Part shown: piece after piece, positions 39,416 to 51,458 of the stretch
Numbering within the stretch: the stretch's first letter is position 1
How the letters are laid out: each line of letters begins with the position of its first letter
NCBI GenBank assembly: GCA_040954595.2
Contig: CM082579.2
Span: forward strand, 7,243,625-7,307,624
Length of the DNA stretch: 64,000 nt
Source of the DNA: Balanoglossus misakiensis
Taxonomy: Eukaryota; Animalia; Hemichordata
Direction of reading: 5' to 3'
The notes under the pieces: model-generated
Database searches by the model: none
Seen by the model: only the letters and a program-made list of their open reading frames with translations
Told to the model about the DNA's origin: nothing
Made by a program: the position numbers and the translations under genes

Positions 39416-40537
39416 ACTTGTAGAAAGTGTCGCCATGGTTACACTGCCAGCAAGCAGGGAAAAAATGAGGTTGAAAATCGCTATTTTTCCTGCTAGGGGG
39501 TTCTGTCGTCTTTTTTTGTCAGTTTTTTTACTGCATATTTATGTTTTTTGCTCAACGCAAAATGTTACACAGGGTTGAATTTGGCAGTGTCTTTGGATTG
39601 TCTCGTTTTTGATCAGAAAAAATAAAAAATAATGTTCAAAATTGAAGGCAGGCGGTAATGCAACATTAGCAACTCTTCAGAGTACACACATTTATATGAT
39701 AGAACTTTAATCAGATGTGAATGTAATCAGCAGAATTTTGTTTTTCAAAATGCTGCTTGCTAAATTTGTATCAATGCAATTGTTGGAATTAAAGGTGATT
39801 CTTTGATTGGCTGGTACAATGCGTTTGAATGCGTTTTTTTTTTATGATTGCAGTTCATATAAATTGAATAGTATAAGCAGAGGCATTTATATGTCAGGTT
39901 TTATTTGAAACTTCAAATATCACAACACTTTATATATAATCTCATGATCAAGTTAAACTAAGACCTACAAAGTTTTATTTACAAATAATCTACAAATATT
40001 GTATGGTGGACCTGTTATTAAATACAGTAAATCTGTAACACAATGCTACATACAACTGTTTCAAAATATATGTATAAGTTTTTGATGCTGGTATTTTGCC
40101 ATTATGGGTTTAGAGGTTAATACACTTAATTTGTATTGTTTCCATATGTTGAACAAAAATTTATTGCACCTCCAAAAAGAAAAAAAAACAATTTTAAATT
40201 ATATTTAATGCCTGACAAAATATTTCCTAATACACATCTCTAGAAAGTTGGCAGAATACTCATACAGCAATGAATATGATTGTAACCACTTATATAAATG
40301 TTTTTGTTGCTTCATAGAATATCAGCATTGTCAAGTTACGTAATCAATATGGAATTCATCAGTAATTTACAGAAGATTTTGTCCTTTTGGGAAGGTAAAA
40401 TTTGGTTTTAATATTTTGAGCATTATCTCCTCGTCCTGTTCATTTAAGACAAGTCTTTTTTGCAGTTTTTCATCTAAAAGTTCTTTGGAAACAGGCTGTG
40501 ATATAAATAGATTGTCGATGTTAAAGTCTGATCAAGA

Positions 40538-43500
40538 TCAGTCGGTAGCACAGCCTTTCAGTTCTATTTTCAGCCCCGGGAAGTATTCGTACGTCAACAC
40601 GTAGATATAGAGAAAGCGTGCTGTTATCAGACGATTCAGTTTGTGTTCGGTAGCGCTGGTCAGATCAGCCACTGTGAACAGCTGGAGAGATGTAAAAAAG
40701 GGGAAAACATATCAGAATGGAGTTAAAACATGTCCCTGTGTGTCGAGGAAATTTCAGTATCTTTCATTTGTATTGAATCCTGGGTTCTGGTCGGCCAACG
40801 TAATCACAAGTACCGGGGTGTGTCTGTTGTAAACAGCGCCCTCTACAAGCCGAAAAACAAATGCCTTTTGTTTTTTCGCTCCACTTACCGTAGCCGTGTG
40901 CGAACCGTGGTCCATGTAGAACTCTACGTCGTGATCCGCGTCGTGTTGGTAGCCAACGTAGAAACTGTCGACACCTCCGTGCAGTTCCTCGCCGCTGACG
41001 TACATTCCGTCCGTCTTGATGACGCTGACCGTCCGCTCTTCCTGGAGGTCAATCTTCAAGACCAGGTCCATCTGCGAGTCGGCGTTGGTGTAGTTGATCA
41101 GCGCGATGTCGCCGCCGGTGATTGTGGTGTACCAGGTGCCGTACTCGTCGCTACCGTCGTTGTTATGCAGTTTAGTGCCCTCCATATTGCTGGTAGACAC
41201 GCCGAGGTTCACGTTGCACTCTAGAAAAAAATTATCATCCAGCAATTCTGAGTAACTCCAGTGGATATGAAATATGCTAGATATATGGTTGTCATAATCT
41301 CGCCTCACATTCTGCATTTAAATTTGGGCAAATAGCAAACTTAAAATTATTTCGTAGTTATGTATATTTAAAAGTAACAGGTGTGTTCACATTTGTCCCT
41401 TTAATGTTATGCATTTTGATATGCCACACCCAAATCAGTTCCCCGTCCATGCTCTTGCATGCACTTCGAAAATCAGTCTTTTCAAGTTCTCAAATTTCGC
41501 TCGCGACAACTTTTGATTATTATCTCTTAAAAAATAGAATAAAAACTTTTAGACTTACCTGTAAGGTAGACCGATTTATACGAAGACCCCCCGCAAGGCA
41601 AGGATGAACATGTCAGCGAACACTTGTCCGACTGTATTGGCAAAGCTGTCAGGGAGTTTGAACACGAACACAGGTTGGCCGACGACTGCATTGCCGCCAG
41701 ACGATAGCCACCGGCCGAACAGTAGAGTTTGCAGTCGTCGGGTGTCAGGTTTGGCAGGTGCGTGTTCGATGAGCTTGCAACCTCGGAGTCATCAAAGCAA
41801 CCGATGTGGCTGCCAACCTCTGCAAGGAGAAACCAATATTGGAATACATGTACATGTACTTCTTTGCTCGTGCGTTGAAAAGACCAGTTACCGGCATTTG
41901 TAAAACTTCACCAGTTATTACGTTTGATGAAAAAATGTGCACCCAACAAATACAAAAAAAAAACGTTCTGTAACTTACCTCGTTGGCATAGATATCGAAC
42001 TTGGTAATCTTCGCATAATCCAGGAATATTGACCGTACGATAATGACCTTCAACAGAACTTGTATTGACAGGTACCCTGACTACGACCTCGCCGGTGACA
42101 TTTGTACACTCGAGGATCATCGGTTGGGCCGTGGTTGCAGAACTCTCCGTAACAGTGGCGTTTCCCGACGATGCTGTGGGTTGCGGGTTGGTTGGTGCCG
42201 CGGCGTCGGTCGTGTTAGGGGCCGTGTAGGGAACGAGGTTGCAAACCAGCGACGTCGCGTTCTCCGTGACGTTCACGAGCACGATCTCGTAGGAGGTCAC
42301 GTTGTAGGTCACGTTGACCCAGACGCCGAGCTCCTCGTTGCTGCACGACAGCCCGCCGTCGAGGGTGCACTCCTCGCTCAGCGTCTGGTTGGTCTCGTAG
42401 TGGGGCACGCCGTCCGGGGTCTGACACTGGATGTCCAGGGGCGAGGTGCAGATCCACGGATAGGTGGACTGGTGGTCGCTGACCAGCTCGTCATCCCAGC
42501 CATCGTCCGGATCATCGATGTCAAGCCAGTCGGTCCATTCGTTGACACCTGGAACACCAAATCAAAGCAAATCGCGTTAAAGCCACGCAAATGACAGGTC
42601 AGCATACCTCACACACAATTACAGCAACCGTTTAGCCCGCTATACATTTTCTCTCAAGTCATGGTTTGAAAGAAAATGTTCATATTCACATAATTATAGT
42701 ACAAAAGTAGTCACTTTCTGTCTTATGATGGCGAAAACAGATTTACGCAGAGAAAACTTTGAAGGTTTTGAGAAGATTGTGAATCTCAAAGTTATCAATC
42801 GTGAACATTCATATCTCGTTGCGACACGTTATTCACACAAGACTTTTTTACTTACCGTAGACATCTGTTTCGAACACGGAGTAGGCCCCTGAGCCACCAC
42901 ATACAGAGCCCCCGGAATCGCCGCCCGTGCACTCCACATCACAACTGCCTTCACTCTTGTCCAGGGTGAGACCCGTCAGGAGGTTGTGGCATGTGCAGAC
43001 GTAGCCACCCGACAGAGACGCATACAGGAACCCCCGAAATGCGCAGGCGTATCGGCACTCCTCGACCGTCATAGACGGGAGGGTAGTCGTGGGGTTGACG
43101 GTGGTTGGATCCAGTGTCGTCACAACGGTAGTCTGGGCTACGGTCTTGGTGTCGTTACCGGTGAGATTACCACTCGCCGCCGTCGGCGCGACCGTGGTAG
43201 GGTCCGCTGTGGTCGCCGGAGTAGTCGGTGGGTTCGGCGTCGTCGGTTCCCATTCGACGGACGCACCAACTTCGACGGCGCTGGCGTCCATCTGGCCGCC
43301 AAAGCACCCCCGGTAAGGTCCGCCTGAAAAAACGAACCAACACCAGTCACCGTGTGATAATGCAGTGAGCGTAAGGCATGTCCCAATGAAGAAAGAAATC
43401 GATTTTACATCTGCACGGACAAAAGCTTTGATAATGCAAATGTAATACACCCACCTGTAGAGTAGACGGAGACATAGGAACTACCACCACATATCTGAGA

Positions 43501-45590
43501 GCTGTCGCCAGGACACTTGGCCCCGCACTTGGTTCCATCGTGGTCGTTGGTCGGGTCCCAGTTGCGCTTACAATAACAATTTCTCTTCTTTGCGCCTGTA
43601 GAGAAAATTGAAATACTTCTGGATGACTGGGTAATTGGTAGACGAGTTAGCATATCGATATATCCCAATCTACCTCGTCTATACGAAAAAAAACCATAAG
43701 ACATATCTATACATGAAACAATGGCTAAAACGGCGCATAACTGGTATTTCATACGTTGCCGTACGACGACCAACTCGATAACTTTGATACAAACGAAAGA
43801 TTTAGTTTTTCTTAAAATGATTTGATATTCGTTTTGGGTACTACTTACCAAATATCCTAAACCCGTTCTCGGCACAGTATGTTGCGCATGCGTCCAGATC
43901 ATTCGACTCATCGTAAATTGGCCCGACGTCTGCAGCCAGCGACGAAGGCAGAAAACATCCCAACTGGGGATAAACTGAGAAATTTCATAGACCCATGAAA
44001 GTTAATTAAGAAAAAGTCTTTGATTCTTAACATCGGAAACTGGCACGCATATGAGGCTACACTTCTGAAACTGACATAGGCACGTGCATTATATCTATCA
44101 AGAAAACTTGACATCTTTAAATCTTCCTTACCTGAACACTCTTCTGCACACTCTTCGTATCTGGTGTTGACCCCCTCACAATCTTTACCGCCCGCTAGCG
44201 GTGCCGGATTTGTGCAGTTCCTGTAGGCCGTGATCACACACGTGGCCGAACATTCACTGAAGTCGTACCATTCAGTATATTTACCATTTACAGGTGCCAC
44301 CTCTGTGAAGATAAAAAAATAAATGGGAAAGGTGTGATGTAGGACTGCTGAACCGATAGAGGATATTTCAAACAGCAGGCGATATGGCCCATGTACGTGA
44401 AAGTGCCCGGTTGACAGATTTCCCTAGCTTCTTATGGCATTTCCCTTTATGTACTTACTATTGCAGTTAGACCCAGTCATTCCTTCTGGGCACTCGCAAA
44501 GGTAGCCGTATGGACCGCATTTTTCCCGGCAAAGCTGTCCGGGGTTGCAAGGATCCGTCTGGCATGGGTGAATGATACCCTGTTGATGGAAAAAATACAG
44601 AGGGTTTCGTTAACGAGATATAGGGGCCTAAGCGCTTGCTATGGATATGTTGAAATACTTTATCAAGCTTTATTCCCCTGAAAGTTGTCAGTAAATGATG
44701 GGCTGGGACTGGGTTTGTCAAACTGTGCCATTCGCCATTCAGACATACGATAATTGTTGTCACCCAGCTTGTCGTTTCGAGAACGGTTTTTTGTTTGTAT
44801 GCACGTCGTGTTTGGTGTGCACGATCGATAAAATCATGGCCGAGGTCTGACGCAGCTGGCATTTATTTTTGACAAGTCTGAAACCTTTCCAAGAAGTGTT
44901 AATGTATGTCCACTACAATGTAATTACATGTACTATATGTTCTGTGCTAGTTTACCATACAATGTGTGACACTGTCGGAACTATTTTGCTTACGAGTACA
45001 TATAGCAATCTTACTCGAAAGACTCGGTCGGATGGTTAGCTTTTGATATTGATTTGTACATACGCCATAAGAGTTTAGAATCTATTGTCAATCTAGAGAA
45101 AATATTTTTCGGTCATGAAACGAAAAATGTACGGTAAAGATAAAATTAACTGAAAATGTGCTGGGCAGCTGATTTTGTGTTGCTGTTGGCATTGAGTCGT
45201 AAAATCAAAACTGGTGAAGAAAACGGATTAGGTAAAGGTTTTATAAACGTTACTCACCACGTTAGGGTTAGAATCAGTCAGATCAGCGTACGTGTGCCCA
45301 AACTTTTCTTCCAGTTTGTCCAAAATGGTGACCGTGTACAGATTGCATGTTTTGTTCCAGATGTCATATTCGGACGACTTGCAGAGGCTGTTAGACAGAC
45401 ACTTCATGGCACAGGCCGCGTGGCTGCCGGCCTCCGTGGTCTTGTGCGGCGAGTACTGCACATCCATGCCGCAGTCTTCAAAGCGGGGCAGTTCCACGAA
45501 GGCGTACCTCCCCGAGCCGCTCCGCGAGACCTCGGACATAACGACGCCGAGGACGGCAAGGATTGCGACTATCGCTAGCTTCAAAGCCAT
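40538..45590 (-). CDS. Secreted mosaic glycoprotein, ~888 aa: signal peptide, PAN/apple, EGF, TSP1, WSC, WSC (mucin insert), Mucin2-WxxW (insert), WSC, F5/8 type C (discoidin)
   Basis: Exons 45590-45258, 44579-44459, 44302-44132, 43974-43849, 43595-43455, 43323-42856, 42548-41979, 41819-41559, 41220-40889, 40681-40538 (2667 nt, all phases compatible). EGF: CQTDPCNPGQLC..YLCECPEGMTGSNC. TSP1: WYDFSECSATC..RNCTNPAP. WSC: GCF..C...C..CGG. WxxW: WTDWLDIDDP..CEDYQVRYLC. FA58C: LKIDL..ITARFLYI..LKIELKGC. Domains assigned by motif recognition. Confidence 0.82.
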
Positions 45591-46080
45591 GATCCGGTTT
45601 ATATAGTCTTCTTGATGGGAACAGAATCACTTTGCTCCGGACAGCGTCACCATGACATGTTTCCCGATCACAGCGGAATGACTGTGAGTAACCGTGGGAT
45701 AATGCGACAGGGAGACAGGTGTTCGCAAGTTACAAAAATCGATCGCCATAATTGCGCGAAGTCTAAGACAGCCAGGAAGGATTAAAGATCAATCATGAAA
45801 GTGTCAATAAAGGTTATAATTTGATATATTAATTTTTTTTATTCAGGAGAGTAAAACTAACACAAATGGCAATGTAGGCAATGTGTGCCTCGGGAAAAAA
45901 ATCCACAGTACGTTCGCGTACGTACACCCAAATTGTGAACGCCAGATGTCTGCAACATAACTTCAGAAAACAAGGGGCACCGTTTATTGTGAGAACTGCC
46001 TGTGACGATGCCTCCTGTTTTCTGAAGTCGCATATGCAGAACAGTAATCGCTCACGCGTGCATTTTTACAGAGAGCCATA

Positions 46081-46112
46081 CCATAGACCCTTTCTCTACT
46101 AAGGGTCTATGG
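46081..46112. repeat. Perfect 12-bp-stem hairpin
   Basis: ccatagaccctt-tctctact-aagggtctatgg. Confidence 0.85.
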
Positions 46113-47678
46113 GCAAACTACGACAAAAAGTCATACGAAATTTCAACAGTTATGTAACTGGGTCAACATTTGATGAGGGTCACGTGACGTGACTTGAGAC
46201 GCCCAGCAAAGTTTCGCTGCTGATTGGTTGAAGCCACCTGGACCATCTCCACTTGGAAATTTCCGTTCCGCCTTCCGTGCATTTTCATTAGAGAGTCAGA
46301 CGGCCATGCTGCTGCACGGACCACGAGAAGATGCGGAGAACTCTGCCCCCAAAACAGAGTTTCTCCGCTGGATAGTTTTCACGACGACAGCGGTAAGTAA
46401 AGTAACAGAAGTAGACACATTTACTCAATTTTTGAACAGAAACATGTGTTATCTGTGGCGAGTTACGGACAACTAAAAAGCCAGACGTTTACGCCACAGA
46501 ATTGAAAAACTGTATGCGTCACAGTCAGACAGCTCGAGTCAGCGCTTCGCTGCGTTTTAATTCACAAGTTCCACCCTTTCGCGTTACTCAACTTGAGATG
46601 TATGGTTTATCAAATTAAGACAGGTCGGTGTTATAGCTCTACTGGCGGGTGGCAGTTTTTTTACATAAAAAAAAACAAGTCAATTTTTCGGGAAAGGGAA
46701 AGGGGGTACGATGAATTGGTAGCGGGTTCGATGAATTGACAGCTACAGCGGGTACACGTGCAGTCAGCGTGTTTTCGGGTGTAAATTAATGCAAATTTTG
46801 TATTTTACTACGAGACAATGACAAAAATAGGCTTTGAAACGCTTCATTGGGAACAGTTATTTTTGTCTGTCCGTGCAGTCTTTGCCAAAAAATATTCTTT
46901 TTTCTCGTCGGGAGTTTAAAATGTTCCGCTTGGCTGTAGGCCTAAACTTGAAAATATAGTGCCATGCTGGTGTTTTAGGCTACTTGTCTGTCAGCGAAGC
47001 CCTACAACGTATATTGTCGGCTCGTACGATGTCACAATATGCGAATGAACCAACAGTTTAGCGTACGGTGATTACGGTTGATATTTGGTTTCGTGTTCAT
47101 GGATAGCCATTCATTTTTTTCTCATTTTGCAGATCGGAGGCCCCGGTGAACTGATGATGTACGTTCAACGTGGATGCTATGATGTTTACAAGCATGATGT
47201 CAAAGTAAGCGGTATCAGCCAAGTTTTTTGGCAATTTTTAAGAACTTTCAACGATTCTGACTGGTGCCGGTAGCCAGTTCAGCGAACCGATTTTGCACAA
47301 ATCTGAAGAATGCAACAATACGGATGCCATATGTGGATGTCATTACAGTTTTAAAACCAACATGACTACATGCTCGGTGCATGGGTCATTTTTGTTACGG
47401 CACCAACAAGTTCATCGGCTTTGAATGCTTCGAAAGGTGCTCGTTGTTGTGAGTGTGTGTGTGCGCACGTGTGTGTCACGGTAAGTTGTACGGTATATTT
47501 GGGCCATGCATCTAGACTACAATGAGGTGAGCGTTTGTATGTTCCATGGCTGAATGAAGACCAGCGGATTATCTGAGGTTCCAGAACAAGTGAGTGATAT
47601 AGACATAAATAAAATCCCCGGTGCGGGTGGGTCCCATCCCTTAGACCGTTGGTTTAATATAATTAATACGCGTTTTTT

Positions 47679-48690
47679 CAGATTTGTAATCTTTCGTCAT
47701 TTTTCAATAAAAAAAAATGCACGTTGTACTGATAAACTGAGTGGTTTATTTCCGTACCGATCATCTTCGAGCGTGCGTAGTAGTTAATATAGGTTTTGTC
47801 AGATTTGTGATCTTTCGTCATTTTTCAATAAAAAAAATATATTTAAAAAATGCACGTTGTACAGATAAACTGAGTGGTTTATTTCCGTACCGATCATCTT
47901 CGAGCGTGCGTAGTAGTTAACATAGGTTTTGTCAGATTTGTGATCTTTCGTCATTTTTCAATAAAAAATAAAAACATACACGTTGTACTGATAAACTGAG
48001 TGGTTTATTTCCGTACCGATCATCTTCGAGCGTGCGTAGTAGTTAACATAGGTTTTGTCAGATTTGTGATCTTTCGTCATTTTTCAATAAAAAATAAAAA
48101 CATACACGTTGTACTGATAAACTGAGTGGTTTATTTCCGTACCGATCATCTTCGAGCGTGCGTAGTAGTTAACATAGGTTTTGTCAGATTTGTGATCTTT
48201 CGTCATTTTTCAATAAAAAATAAAAACATACACGTTGTACTGATAAACTGAGTGTTTTTTTCCGTACCGATCATCTTCGCTAGTGCGTGTTTACCAGAAG
48301 TTAATATAGGTTTTGTCAGATTTGTGATCGTTTCGTCATTGTTCAATAAAATAAATATTAAAAACATACACGTTGTACTGATAAACTGAGTGGTTTATTT
48401 CCGTACCGATCATCTTCGTAAGTGCGTGTTTACTAGAAGTTAATATAGCTTTTGTCAGATTTGTGATCTTTTCGTCATTTTTCAATAAAATAAATATTAA
48501 AAACGTACACGTATGTCTCCGTTAGCCTGTTTCATGGTAAAATGAGTTATTTACTGTCATTTTTTATTGTTGAGATTTGTAATCTTTACCCGTTTACCAC
48601 AACTGCAATCAATAAAACGTTATCGAAACATACTGGTATAACCCGAGTGGTTCACTTTGCACCCATCATCTTCATGTGTGTGTGTAGGAC
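47679..48690. repeat. Tandem array of ~121-139-bp units (about 6.5 copies plus one diverged copy)
   Basis: Unit cagatttgtgatctttcgtcatttttcaataaa..cacgttgtactgataaactgagtggtttatttccgtaccgatcatcttcg.. restarts near 47679, 47800, 47933, 48059, 48185, 48317, 48456; diverged copy near 48573. Confidence 0.92.
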
Positions 48691-48719
48691 TGTTATTTTG
48701 GTGAAATATTTACTTTCAT

Positions 48720-49285
48720 TTGCTTGTTTTGCAGATGCAGAGACCAGAGTTTTTCGCCATGCAGCGGTGTAGCTGGGTGAGGTGCAAGGGCAAGTATGTT
48801 CCATGGCCGAACGATCATGAATATTGCAGACATTCACTTTATAATTTCCTTGTTTTGCAGATGCAGAGACCAGAGTTTTTCGCCATGCAGCGATACAGCT
48901 GGGTAGGGTACGGGCAAGTATGTTCCATGGCCGAACGATCATGAATATTAGACATTCACTTTATAATTTCCTTGTTTTGCAGATCCAGAGACGAGATCAA
49001 CTGATAAATGGTATTCATTAACCAAGCTGGGGCCAAAGTGACTAGTTATTTTCGCCATGCAGCAGTATAGCTGGGTGCGGTAAGGGCAAGTATGTTCCAT
49101 GGCCGAACGACCATGAATATTAGACATTCACTTTATAATTTCCTTGTTTTGCAGATCCAGAGACGAGATCAACTGATAAATGGTATTCATTAACCAAGCT
49201 GGGGCCTAAGTGACTAGTTAATTTCGCCATGCAGCAGTATAGCTGGGTGCGGTAAGGGCAGTATGTTCAATGGCTGAACGGGAGA
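48720..49285. repeat. Tandem array of 4 units (~122-172 bp)
   Basis: Unit ttgttttgcagat..ttcgccatgcagc..gggcaagtatgttccatggccgaacga..gacattcactttataatttcc; copies 3 and 4 carry an extra ~50 bp; related isolated copy near 49942-50040. Confidence 0.88.
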
Positions 49286-50777
49286 CCAGAGGTTTCAAGC
49301 AAGGTTTGACAAACGATATTGACATCAAAGCCCGTCTATTCATGGTGGCCATTTTGAAGATTTTTTTGTTTCGATTCAGACTGGTGCCGTTACCCAGTCA
49401 AGTGAACTGATTTTGCACAAACCTGCCTGTAACAATAGACCCGGTACTATTATGTGGATGTCAATTCAATGTTTTAAAACCGACCTGACCATGACATACA
49501 TGGGGTGGCCATTTGTTATGGCACAAACATGTCCGCCATCTTTGTAGGAGACATTCCATTTACACACTTTTCATTTATTCCAGGGATCCAATAGATGACG
49601 CTAAGATGATTGCCAGCCTGTGAGATTGATGTCCAGAGATTACTGCATAGTGTTGGGAAGGTAAGAATTGTGGGAAAGAAAATTGAAGCAATGACGGAGA
49701 CAATACATGGTAGGGGGTGTATTTGTTCACAATGTCCAGGAGTTTTCGGTTTTACTAAGTACAATTATAAGCTTATATGGGCAGATCTCTACCGTTGTTT
49801 CAGTAAAATTCTATCAAGTTGCCAAATAGACAGCGAAATTCCAGGCAACCATACATATTTGCATGATGTACCATCTGCGAATGAACAACAATTGGCGTAC
49901 AGTGGTGGTCGTGCTTTTGTTTCATGTCCAAGGATATTTATAGACATTCATTTCTACATTGCTTGTTTTGCAGATGCAGAGACCAGATGGGTATCCGGCA
50001 ACCAAGCTTAGGATGAAGTGTCCATTTTCCGCGATGCAGCTGTAACTGTTACTGGCAGTCTGCAGTGACCACATAACATCTTTTGATAATTTACATTTCC
50101 ATTGATACATGTATACTCTTTTGTTTATGGTTTCCAAACTTTGAAATTAAAATTTTCAATGAACTGGATTAAAATGAAATACTTGTGTCTGTATCATTTT
50201 ATTACCCCAACACTACCTTGATGTTGAGATAATTGAAACTGGTAAGGTCAAAGGTCGGCCCGTTAATTTATCGCAACCTTTGTTGTCCCATTGAAACTCG
50301 AAAGCGCCAAGTTTGCAACCATTAATTCTAATTCTGTTCCCGTAATTGGACATAGCAACTGAAACTTGGTCTTTGCTTCCTACTGGTTACTAAATATGTA
50401 AATTGATTACTAAATTTGCATTCCCTGTCCTCCAAAGTTTAGATATAGCAACACCACAGTATGAACGCCACTTAAAACATAAAACTTTACCCGACTTGAT
50501 AGTTAATCAGGTTCCCCCCTCCACCGCAATGCATCCAAGTGTCTTAGCTCCTAATCCTAATTAGTGATTTCAATAGGAAGCGATGGGAGGCGGCAAACTC
50601 TGGCGTATGTCGCTGAGGGCGCCATAATATTCATCACTACTGCAGCAGCAAGTTCGGTGTTTACTAAAAAGGGGTTCTCCGACAACATTTTCCTCTGAAT
50701 CGACATTCGCTGAGACATCAGTGACAAGCGATCTATCTAAAATATGGCCCAGTGACAAGCGATCTATTCAAAATATA

Positions 50778-51147
50778 AAAACCGTACCGCGTATAACTAT
50801 AAGTAAAAAGACGTCGCCATTCCCTACATCTGATTTTAATCAGGCCTACAACCCGGTGAAAACAGACCCGGAGCAAAACAACATGTCAGACACGGGCAAC
50901 GCTAAGAAATTAATAATAGGGGTGTTGGAGCCTCTTACCCAGTATTAGGCCTACATTCGACACAACCCGTGTCCCTTTGTAACAAACAAGATGTTGAATT
51001 CGCCTATCTCAAATGCAGTGCAATTAGCCTATACCATCCTTTATCTTTGTATCCGTCGGTCCTTGGAGTGAAATCAAAAACACCGACCCCTTCTAGTGTT
51101 ACTATACTTCCCACCTCCTCATTTTCCCACCTTCGGAGAAGTATAGT
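50778..51147. repeat. ~370-bp direct repeat, copy A (downstream of SULT)
   Basis: Near-identical to 52839-53213 (aaaaccgtaccgcgtataactataag ... cccacct..ggagaagtatagt). Confidence 0.9.
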
Positions 51148-51458
51148 AACTTTTTAATTAGAAGGAATATAAATCACACTTGAGTGCGCTAAAAATTGAA
51201 AAAAAGAAACACTGCTCAAATACTGTAGAGTTGCTTTAAGGATAATAACAGATTATCATGCCAACAACGTAATTTGAAGAGATGAAACTCATCTGTGGCC
51301 CGGGTGCACGCAGGCCTAAATTATCGATAGTATATAGTGATTGATATGCGAGCGAGGAAAAATCGCTCGTGGTATACGTAAGAACGAACGAACGAATGAA
51401 TGAATGAATGGATGGATGAGTGGCAATAAAAGAGGGGTGATTTGTCAAATTTATCAAA

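Larger units (their letters stand above)
46179..50180 (+). other. Candidate spliced non-coding/micropeptide transcription unit, probably transposon-derived
   Basis: GTCACGTGAC (46179) and reverse CCAAT (46223) upstream of a strong donor G|gtaagt (46393). Acceptor ttttgcag| at 47132 and repeated ttgttttgcag|at acceptors at 48734, 48860, 48982, 49154, 49973. ATTAAA at 50146 and 50168. No long ORF. Confidence 0.35.

Noticed and set aside
47679-49285. Regularly spaced repeats as a CRISPR-like array or snoRNA cluster
   Set aside because: Units repeat over their whole length with no unique spacers, the context is eukaryotic with no cas genes, and I found no convincing box C (RTGATGA)/box D pair with terminal stem.
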